A model generated the notes under the pieces. That model made no database searches and was not told the origin of the DNA. It was given only the letters and a program-made list of their open reading frames with translations. Shown one piece after another: positions 52,986 to 64,000 of a stretch of DNA of 64,000 bases. The translations under genes and the position numbers were made by a program. Within the stretch, counting starts at the first letter, position 1, and every line of letters begins with the position of its first letter. This stretch comes from Saccostrea echinata (Eukaryota): NCBI RefSeq assembly GCF_033153115.1, contig NW_026889803.1, positions 7,130,001-7,194,000 on the forward strand, given 5' to 3'.

Positions 52986-54171
52986 ATTTTTTTTTCTATC
53001 TTGTCAAAAATGAGCCTATCCGGCTTTCGTATGAAATACTTGACACTTTTAAAAAATTTAAAAAAAAAAACTATCAAAAAGTCCTAAGAAAGTAAATCTA
53101 AAGATCGCTATTTGTTTTATATACTTGGCACTTTTACTTTCTTATATAGAAAATCTTTGCACTCCTCACAAAATTGCAACAAATACTGTGAAAGCAATGT
53201 CGTGTCCACAAAACTGTGTCGTCGTGGTGCAAAGCCATTAAGTTAATTCATATATCTTTTCCTTGATCAAGAACACATTAAAACACAAAACTTCGTGGAT
53301 GAATCATTATTCTAAAAAAAAAAAAGAATATTTACTTTTTAGCTTTATGGTACACATATTTGAATACCTTTTTTAGATGGCGATCTGAAGAAACAGGGAT
53401 CTTAGAAGAACACCCAGGTCGACACGTTCTAAATGGAGTGAGAGACATTTACAAAGTTCAGGGTCTGCTGCAGCAAACATTTATCATTGTCAAAAACCAT
53501 TGTTAAGGTCATCAACCTCGTTTTATTTAATGTGTAAATCAAAATTAATATTTCTTTTATTTTAAAAATAAAATTTTAAAAATATTCCCAGAAGTTAAAA
53601 ATAAAATGTGTCTGAATATTGTTCAAGATGCGCTGAGGTCACCTTGCACCATTTCGGCACATATTGAAATCAATTTCATTAGCAAATAAATGTCAGATTA
53701 TTTTGTTTGACAACTGTTATCATGTTGATGATTTTAACATAGAATATTTCGACATTTATATCTGAAATATATCTGAAAACTTTAATAAATGGCGACAATA
53801 GCACGTAAGTAATTTACTATGATTCATATGTCAATTAAAAACTTTTTTTATCAAAATCTTTATTTGGGCACCATCTTAGACAGTCTTTCCAAAGCTTCCT
53901 TTATTCTGGTATTATTAATACGTACCTAATTGGTTTGAGGGTTTTTATTCCTCCAAAGTTTTTTTTCATATTGAGTTGAATTTTTTAAAATTCTAATCAG
54001 TATTCTCAAGGTAAAACTCTTGTGAAGCATTGCGAACCTACCGGAATAAGTGCTGGAACATTCTTCCTTTGATATTCAGAGTTGAAGTGTTTTGCAATCT
54101 TCAGACAATGAAATTCGTTTTGATTATTTACACTATTAAATTTCTAGGGGTTTTTACCTGAACAAGGAGAA

Positions 54172-54329
54172 CACTGTGGGTGTGACCGGTCGACAGGGGA
54201 TGCTTACTTCTCCATGGCACCTGAACCCACCACTGATGCTTTTGGAGGTCCGTGTTTGCTCTGCTCCCTATTTGTATTGTATAGGTGGACTGTGAGCTTG
54301 AATACTGTTCGTTATCTCCATATTTCATT
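54172..54329 (+). mobile_element. solo Penelope-like 3'-end fragment
   Basis: GGGTGTGACCGGTCGACAGGGGATGCTTACT..CTGTTCGTTATCTCCATATTTCAT matches 47085-47243. Confidence 0.85.
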
Positions 54330-56569
54330 GTTTAAAAAAATGCATGCATGATGTGAAAATTTACATTCATAAGTTGAAATGCTTTTCAAAACCGAGAAAA
54401 TTTTCTGGAGATCTAATTTACATACGAATTAACAATTTTACAAGTATATGTATTTCAATCTTTAGAAAGAGAGAAAGTGAACATAAAGATTACAATGAAT
54501 GAAATTGTAACTTTTATAGTAACTATTAAAATAATTTGTAAATAGATCTTGTAAACAAGAATTTTTTTTTTTCCTTGCACTTTTTATAGCAACTATTAAA
54601 AAGTATTTGCATATTTGCAGTGATTTTCTTGATCGTGATGGCCAAAGAAGACTGAAAATAAGTTCAACTCCCCCAAAAGCTAGATTCTTTTTAAAATGTT
54701 ATCTTTTCATCCGCGTTATACTCGACCATTACGAGAATTCTGTAAATATTCTGTTAAATTTTACACTGTTAGCTAACATAGATCATGAATTAGTGATATT
54801 GATTCTGATTCAGATATGAAAGAAGAAGGAATACGCAAAAATAGCTGAAAAATATCTTCACTTGCTCTTTCAAACACCTGCTGCATTTGACAAAAAAAAT
54901 TACAATATGTCAATCGAAAGTGTCAAATTTCAGACATTACATTGCATGAATATTCAAATTTCCTTTACAAAGACCAATAACTGACAAAAATAAGGAACCT
55001 CTTTAACATCTCCAACAACAAACCTCCCTCTGTTGATAAAGGACAAAGTATGCCCTTGTCTCCAAAATTGAAAAGATAACCTGCATTGGGTGGGAAAAGG
55101 AGTTTCGACTTTTTATTCTATTAAAGAAAATGATCTTTAAACAGCATAACGTCCAGCGCGCGCCTTTAGCAATAGATGCTAGTATTGCTCTAGATTTCAC
55201 CTTTACATTTTAGTATTGGCTGATACACACCTGGTCTAAAATACACTTTGATAAGTTTTTGTTAAATGTTTTAAAATACAGTGTGTGCCTTAGAAATTTA
55301 TCAATACATTATTTATAGCTTGCATTAACGGTGTCTTATTTGCAACCTAAAAAAAATCTTAGGAAGTCTTTCAAAATCTTCACTCAAGCCCGATACAGTA
55401 TAATCTCATATCAAAGGACGTCGAAGATAAGTAATCACAGGTGACATACAAAAATCAGGTCAAGGATCAAGTGTCAGTTGATTGATACATTGATTTTTAA
55501 TCATCTGAAATTCCATATTCAGATTGATCCTAAAAAAATCTTAATTTTTGGCTTATCACACCTGGCCTAATTTTAACCCCTGATAGATGTATGACTGCTG
55601 ACTTCATCCTACTGTTTGGTAATTTCTTCTGGTAAAAAAAGAAAAGTGTAATATTCATGCAGGTATATGATACCATTTTTTCCCCACTGATCCTATTCAC
55701 GAGAAGTTTAAATATTTAAATTGATATGCAATAAAACATATCTATTTGTATGTATTCATAAATGTACGTACAATACTTTGTGAAACCGCCAACATAAGCC
55801 TTGCACGAAAAAAAATCCTACATGTATAATATACAAACATCAACAATAAAGAATGATTGTAATAAAAGAAATACAAGTGACCCTACCCATATGTCAATTT
55901 GTAATGTGAAAAGTCAATGATTGTTTTCTGATTCTGAAGAAAATTTCAAGGAAAGAAATAGACCTTATGAGAAAGTATAAGAAAATATAACGGGTGAACA
56001 TTACAATCATTTTTAGTGAATGATTTTTACCAACGGAAAAGTAAATTCTCTATACTTTTTAAATAAAGAGAAAATGGATATGGTCGAGAAGTGTTTTTAT
56101 CATTTTAGAATATGTGATAACTTAAAAATGGCTGTTATATGAGAACTCAAAAACTTAGTTTTATGAATCAAAGTCTATGAACTGCAATATATATATATTT
56201 CAAAAAACTCCATCAACAATGCCTTTATATAGGAATTTTATGTTAACAAGATTGATAAAAAATCTTATTACCCTCTTTATTATTTATCTAATTGTTCAAG
56301 AAAATCTCAAAATGAATAATTCATATCTTGTATAGAATATTCAATATCCTTATAAGTGTTTATGTTGCGGGGGAAAAGTGTACGCCATTTTGATGTGAAA
56401 ACCTCAATGATAAAAGTTATAGAGGTGCCCTATGCCAACTCTCTGAAGCATAATGCGATATGATATTCAGTCTCAATAAATCTTTTAAATAAATGGCGTG
56501 ACTCTTAATTATAGAGGAGACATTTTAAAAACAATCCTGCCTAAATCATGTATATTGGCTTAAATAAGG

Positions 56570-57052
56570 TTATAAGTCCCCTACCGGTGAAACCGGAGGG
56601 GACTATAGGTTTCCTCTGATTCTGTCCGTCTAGCTGTCTAGCTGTCTGTCCCTCTGTCTGTCTGTCCCTCTGTCTGTTTGTCAGTCTGTCCCACTTGGTT
56701 TTCCGTACTTTTTTTTCTAAACGCCTGCAGATATTGAGCTGATTTTTGGTATGTGAGTGTATCTTAATGAGTTACAAGTTTGCATTTCGTTCCGCTTCAA
56801 TGATTTTTAACGGAATTACAACCTTTTCAATTTTTCATGGTTTTCTGCAATTTTTTTTCTAAACGCTTGCAGATATTGAACTGATTTTTGGTATGAGACT
56901 TTACCTTGATGAGTTATAGATCAAGTTTGCATTTCGTTCCGTATAATTGATTTTTGATAGAATTATGGCATTTTCAATTTTTAACGGGAACCAGATTACA
57001 TTTGCCGATAGGGGACTAGTATTGCTATTACAATACTCTCACAATGCTTGTT
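56570..57052 (+). mobile_element. HINE/DINE-1-like non-autonomous Helentron (pearl-like)
   Basis: 5' stem-loop AGTCCCCT-ACCGGTGAAACCGG-AGGGGACT, then a (GTCY)n microsatellite and two ~142-bp core repeats (56696-56837, 56838-56982). 3' AGGGGACT plus hairpin AGTATTG..CAATACT. TT flanks. Confidence 0.87.
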
Positions 57053-60000
57053 TGCTTCCTGTGTTTATTAGAAAATAAATTTCAATTTTGAAATAAAGTC
57101 ATGTGCACTGGTCAAAGGAGAATTTCATTGATAGTACATTTAAAGTTCCGCGTTTTATAATTGTGGTGAAAAGAAAATGTTTTGCCTAATGTATATGAGG
57201 AGGTTATTTACTCTTTACTTGTATGAATGAAACATGTCCAATTACTTTTTCTACACTTTCAGATCTGAATAATTGTTTATCTTAGAAAAGCATGAAAATT
57301 AAGCAGTTAATACTGAAATTGGTTCTTATCCACTCTACTCTTTAAGTTATGAAAACATCTCTGGTACTATATCAGATTAAGAAGTCAAGTACCACATATA
57401 AAAATGCACTTTAAGTATCAGCTTTTAAAGGAGATAAAGAGTTAGCTATAGTTCATGGCAAAATAAGCTTTTCAATCTTCAACAAAAACTGAACTTGACT
57501 TCCTTGACGTTTATGTAACTATTTAGACCTTGAAGACTAGATGAATTTGTCCTGCATGCTGTAGTCATTATGTTCTGTTAGTTATACAACATATTAAGGA
57601 ATAGAATAAAATTTAATTTAATTTCGATGTAAAATATAAAGATACTAAAGCAGATACTTATCATTAAAATCAGGAAATTGAAAAAAAAAGGGTCTACTCT
57701 AAGAAAATGAGATGCTATCATGATTTTATTAGTTATTTATTTGGTATCTTATAGAGATTTCCAGTATCCACTTTTTATATACTTTTTTTAAATCATATTT
57801 AACTAAAAGATACTCACGAACACTTGTGTGTTTGATATTTCACTTCATTGCAAGTCATTATTATTCGCTCCATTAATTTGGGTTTGGGTTAGGGCATAAG
57901 TGGACTTTGATTACAAATTTTCTGAAATTGAAATTAAATTTTCCTTTAAATTATTTTGCAAAAATGTTAATTAGCACTTTACTAGTGGTTACTAGTATCA
58001 TTCATATCTTTATTCTAAGCTGAAAACTCAATCACAGTTAATAAAATGATGCGTGTATGGAATTCATTTCATTAACAAAACTAGCTTTATCGGCCAAATT
58101 TTTAAGCCACGTGCTATTTGTTTAAAGAATTTCTAAACCATTCCTACTTTATGAAGTTAAGTTTAATTTAAAGCTAATTTTCAAAGGTATTTGTATATTT
58201 AAGAGATACTTGACAAAGCTTGGCACGTGGCATTGTGTTTGTACATCAGTCCAGCCTTTTTAAAGAGATATAAATGGTATTTCTGTATTTGTTTGATATA
58301 TGAAGACGTCTTCAGATTGAATAAAAATGTGCCAAGGAGTCATTTGTTGGTAGTCATTATTCTTTAGTTAAATGTAGTTAGAGTTATCAAGATGGTCAAT
58401 ATAAGTATTTGTTATTTTGAATATGCTTGATATACGAAAATGAAGTGAAGGGCAGTTGTAAATATAATGTGTGTAATTAAGCTCCTTATTGATGTTTACA
58501 TCTCCTTTTCTATATTGAAACTACTTTTCAATGAAGCATTTTAAGCAAGTCATGCAGTATTCTTTGGAAGTCATTAACAAGTCATTAACTTAAGTACAAA
58601 AACTCATATTGCAGAAAACTGGAGACAGAGAAAAACATACCATTTAATGTGCAATGATAGTATTTCAAATTTATTCTGATAATATTCCCACGTGAAAATG
58701 AAATTCTATTTCTGAAAAGGAAATAAAGAGCAAAATATCTATTACAGACTCTTTATGATTGAAAGAGAACTCTAAGCTGAAAAACTAAACCGCTAGATTG
58801 CAAACTGATAGGGTCATTTCGGGCCAACATGCCAACAACTCCCTTATCTTTAATTGACTACCACCTGTCTCTTTGCTGATTTGTGAAAACACAGTTGATT
58901 TGATACTTATCTTTACCAAATACTAGATCTCTGCTAAATAAATCATAATTCATATTTTGTCATTAAACTGCATTTTAGATCAAGCTAAGTATATTGTATC
59001 AGAAAAGAAAGTTCCATATCCTAGACTTCTTTCACTCAAATATATTTTCCCAATTTAGGGGTTTGTTTCATGAATAACGTGCTCAGGCTAAGCAAGATTT
59101 TGCCCTGTGAGGTCAGTATCATTGGGTATATGAAAGTAATGATAAACATATAAAAAAATAATTCTGAATTTCTAAAAGAAAAAAAATATCTTTTTCTAAG
59201 TTACAGCAAGTACAAGTGCTATTTATCTTTACATTATCGCTTATTTTACTCTTTTTAAGGACAAATACACAAGAATAGGTGCATAAACGTCTATTTGTTC
59301 TTACAAGAATTAGTATCCCACCCATCCCTGCATCAAATCCCATTCAAGAAGCAAACACTCTTTGGTATGTCTGAAGTTTGGTTAAATGTATTATCTCTGG
59401 AGACAAAATCATGAAGAAAATTTATATTTAGGCAAGTAATGATTTTAATTAAAGTGTGGTCGGATAAGAGCAATTCTGGATTTTGTTTTTAAAGAATCAC
59501 GTATTTTGACAAGAAATTCAAGGAATTTTTTTTTTAAATTTACAAGGTGCTATATGTTTAAAGTTAATCTACATGCTTTTATATTATACATGAACCCGGT
59601 TTTATTATGAAGACTGTTCTTTGACATCTAATGGTATCATTGCAAGCGTATCTTTGCATCTTTGAAATCGATTATACCTAAATGATGTTTATTAATCTAT
59701 AAGGAATAATTTAAGACACGTAAAGATCTTCCTCTTTTCATAAAAAGTGCCAGTGAATTCTTTTTATTCAATAAGATTTTATTTTTCTCGGCCATGTCTT
59801 TCATAAAGGTGTTATAAGGACTCCAGGCTTTGCCAATCTAGACTTTTATTCCTTTATTCATTATGCAAATATTGACATGGTTTATAACATTTTTAACGAT
59901 ATTTAGAAGCAGTAAAAGTGGAACAATGATTAAAAGAATGTCAAACATTTAGTCTACCATTTTATCCATTTTGTGTATTGAAAGTAATCTGCTGTCGTTT

Positions 60001-61499
60001 GCCAATTTATTGCACATTGATGACCAAAAGGCGTCGGGTAGGGGATTAGGATCGTTATAATTAGGAATGTAATCTGGTTATGTCGGAAGACTTTTGCGGA
60101 AAAAATAACAAATTCTTTTTTTCAATGATTAACTTAAATAAAGGAATGTTCACCATTTCTTAAGCTAGGTCTGATAATGATTTTAAAGATATCGTATTTT
60201 ATCTTACCATGCCATTTATATTTAGTAACGTTATTTTAGAAACACTTTCAATAAAACAGTGTGTGATACATACAGAATAGCAGTTTCATAATTACATGTA
60301 TTTATGAAAAATGTATGATAAACCTGTAAGATCTTTGGATATCCTTGTTCGTTTAGCGTTAATTTCGCAATTAATATTCTTTATATATCATTAAGTTAGA
60401 ATCTCGAGGTTTTTATTTAACCATTTAAGGTGATCTTAGTCAGGAGACATAAAGCACCTGTTTTCAAAGAGCTGCAAAAGTATTTAAGGAAGGGATAATA
60501 TATAAGGCAAAGAAGCTTTAACTTATCGGTGAAAAAGACATTGAAGTCGTAAGAAAAAATGTTCTGATGGCATAGAAGAAAAACTAATAATAGCGAATTG
60601 ATGTATTTTTCTGTTGTTACTTTTGAAAATAGATGTCTTTGTAAAAAAAAAAAAAAAAACAACATATAAGACGGACCCCATTAAGGAAATTTCAAAGAGT
60701 TGATTTCAAATGAAATACTGACACATCTGATTCCTAGAGAGACTTAAGGCGACATATCTTATTAATATTCACTCCTGTCATTTAGAGACTATACACGGAC
60801 AATTCTTTCCACAGCATCCATTCAAAAAACTAAAGAAAACTGTAGCGGATAGGAACAAAAGTCTGAGAGGATTAATCTCTAACTTTGGGACTTTTCAATC
60901 AGCTTGTGTACTTTACATTTAAACCCAGAGTTAATACTGGCTCTGGGACAATATATACGAAAATCTTAGAGAGCAGCAAAATCGTTTTTAGGGTGTTTTT
61001 CTTTGTATATTTGCATAGGAGGGTGTTCAATAGCAAAGGAGAAATATAATTTTTCCAAAATTTTTAATACTTTTATTCTTGAATTTGAATATATATATTT
61101 TTCAAAGCCTCAAATGATATGTCCTTTATGTTTCATCATGCTGCACAATCTCACCGCAGCTCTGTTTTTGCTGAGTTACTATCAATGAAATCAACACCAA
61201 CGTAGAGATGAAACATGTCATTTATTAAAAATGACGTAAATTAGAAAAATATATACATGTACATAACATGATAGGGGATCAAACCAAAAGGTATTCGCAC
61301 AATACATATCAATATGCTGATCCCCTAAATTTACAGATAAATAATATATGCAAAAAATATCAAATAAACATTAAGTATACATCAAAAAGATGGCACATCG
61401 AAAGTAAAATTGCCATTAAACATGTTAAAATTAAAAGGTATGTAAATGCAAGTAAGGTAGGAAAAGCTTGGGTATTGGTGGGTGTGTTTTTTTTTTTTA

Positions 61500-61542
<43 letters not shown>

Positions 61543-64000
61543 GTCAAACTGATATTTTACGGCTACATGTAGCATTGTAATAAATGTGTTACGCAAATTA
61601 ATTTAAAGTTCAATAATAATTACAATTCATTTCTGATTTTCTATACCATGGAGAATTCTTGCTTCATGACATTTAAGTTGTATCGGAGAGGACGTCTTCC
61701 ATACAATTTGTTGAGTATTTAAACGGCCAGGTAGACAAGGTATCACTACTGCGGATTTTAGATTTCGGTAAAATATTTGTCAGAGAATATGATTATCCCT
61801 GAATATAGAAGATAGAACTTCTAAAGAACTTCAGAGAAGCACAATGTCTTAAAAATAAAATAGATACATGTTAAAATGACCTGATTCACCCAAAATGAAC
61901 AAAAGAATTATTTTTGATTACAAGTCAATTCATGGCTTATGTTTTCTTTCATTAATATATCTCACCGAATACATATTTCACTCAGAGATTAACATTGATA
62001 AGAGAGAATAAATGTTACCCTTCATGCGCTACGATCTTCTTAAAATACACCCATACTTTTTTATGTATAGACAAAATATTTATCGACATGTCGAAATTTA
62101 ATATTTTAGAAAATATATTTGTTCGTCGGAAACTGTGGAAAGATAATTTATTAATATAATTTTGGACCTCCTTAACAAACAATAAGTATCAATTTCACAT
62201 TTTGTAGTAGTATTGTAACGTTTCAAAGTGAAAAATGTTCATACTATGTCATATTTGCTTAAATTAGCTGCCTTTGAGTATCAATTAATTGTTTGTTTGG
62301 GTTTTTTTACGGTTTTTTTTTTGTTTGTTTTTTTTTGGGTTGTTTTGTTTTGTTTTTTGTTTTGCTTTGTATCAATGACTTCCTTGTAAAAATGCCAAAA
62401 TAAGAAATGAATTACATGAAAAAAAATACTGTCCAATGTTATACTTTGTGATTTTAGGAGAAAACTTGCTCAATGTGTCGAAAGAATGTCGTAATTCATA
62501 ATTATCTAATGAAGCAGTTAATAAGTTTAAGGTGCAGCGGTATCTACATGTAAGATCAGTTGTTTTCTTTCCTTACAGTTAAATGTGCTTATATACCTAG
62601 ATATGCATATAATGCATTCGTACGCATATATATATTGAAAGCAACTTGCATTTTAATTCTTACTTGTTTATCGACATTGAAATTGAAGTTTTCACTTCTC
62701 GAGCTGTCCTCAAATTAAGGTATGATTTCCTATACGATTGGCATATTATGGATAAATGAAACACTTCTACTGATAATGTAGATTATTGTCCAGTACAAAG
62801 GACACAATCCAGGGGGATATAAAGTGAGAATATATTTACCTATCATCACTGACATTACCACAAAATGAAAATATGAATGGACTTGTTACCCCCAGGAGGG
62901 GAAAAAAGTAAACACTTCAACTCACACTCCAAAAATCATTCAAATCCTTGTTGTTTAAGGGATTCACCATTCAATTTTCCCTTAATTCTTTAATACAGAG
63001 TAGGATTAAGTGTAGATAATTTGTAGAAGAGCGGTGAATTCTATAAGGGACACTCTGATATTGTGAATACCAAGAAGGTTCTCTCTGTTTTATGTATACC
63101 TTTGAAAATCATAAAAATAAGTAATGGAATTTGCATATTGACACACCTGCAATATTTAACTGTAAGGCTTAATATAAGGCAATTTTGACCATCCGCATAC
63201 TTTTTTCAATTCAAATACAAACAAAAGTTAATCTCAATGAAAAATGCAGGATACAACTTTAATACAGATAAATATGTCATTTGTTTTCTTCATGAATTTT
63301 TAAATGAAGTGTTTCTACAATTGTTAAATAAAGAATACCCATCAAAGGAAAACAAAACGCATAATTAATAAGGTGTTCGATTATTCTAAGCCAGTGCTCT
63401 TCTCAAAATAGAAGTGTTTATAAGAACTTTCCGAAGCATGGGGCTAGTAATTCAAATGTCTTTTCAATCAGAGTTTCTGATATTTCAGACATTTTTGTGA
63501 ATGTCAACAGTTTATTATGTTATCTTAAGGAGGAGAAGGACCTTGGGCTGAAAAAATAATTGTCATTCAATTTTTTTCATATTTTGTATATTTCTAATTA
63601 AGTATGTCCCACATGTCTTAAAGTAGTTATATCATTAGGTTTCTTACCTTATTCTGGAGATATTGATTGACAAATACTATGCCCTACCGTATCTAAGTGG
63701 AGTTTTAATTCTCCATGTTTCCGGGCTCATTACTCTGTCCATAATGGAATTTTTAAAGCATATATAAAAATTATCAAAGTGGACATGCATCTTTTAAAAT
63801 ATTTCGGAGTATAACTAGGATTTAAAATTCGAAAAAGCAAGTCTTGTCTATCACACTGCATCTGGATAGGGAAATTTACGCACTTTTTAAGACAACTTAA
63901 ACAATAAAAAACGTAATTTACAAAAAATTCTATCATTCAATATTTTTAAATTTATGTTGAAAAGCAAATCCTTCAAATTATTGATTAACTGTGAAAATTT

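Larger units (their letters stand above)
49243..53031. mobile_element. 3.8-kb non-autonomous foldback DNA transposon, IS3EU-like (TAC..GTA ends, 6-bp TSD TGAAAT)
   Basis: 31-bp TIR TACGAAAGCCGGAWAGGCTCATTTTTGACAA (1 mismatch). TSD at 49237-49242 and 53032-53037. Inverted subterminal arrays of CTCGTTATAACGAG. Confidence 0.88.

Noticed and set aside
61268-61596. Poly-K and poly-F ORFs (also 27344-27643)
   Set aside because: They are translations of A/T homopolymer tracts.

Overview
AT-rich eukaryotic (animal) genomic DNA, most likely from a bivalve mollusc such as an oyster. That assignment is inferred from the SINE, HINE and Penelope-like families present. It is not prokaryotic, and I found no CRISPR array, rRNA or intact tRNA. 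The only confidently recognisable gene is a compact five-coding-exon D-glucuronyl C5-epimerase (GLCE; + strand, 33785-36202, 593 aa after splicing). The rest is non-coding DNA densely populated by mobile elements: (i) decayed Penelope-like retroelements, including one nearly full-length copy (~18990-22125) whose GIY-YIG endonuclease lies upstream of the RT (the permuted Naiad architecture), plus many solo 3'-end pieces; (ii) four copies of a tRNA-derived Meta+Deu-type SINE with (CAAT)n tails that tend to sit at AATC targets; (iii) two nested foldback DNA transposons with TAC..GTA ends and 6-bp TSDs (IS3EU-like), both built from 21-22-bp arrays around the palindrome CGTTATAACG; (iv) a TA-inserting MITE family built on ACTATAGT, two Tc1/mariner relics, a non-autonomous Helitron and a HINE; (v) a near-perfect 1.35-kb tandem duplication. 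Most short ORFs in the track are chance or repeat-derived. I see no convincing wholly new biological system. The most unusual structure is the set of palindrome-array foldback elements.
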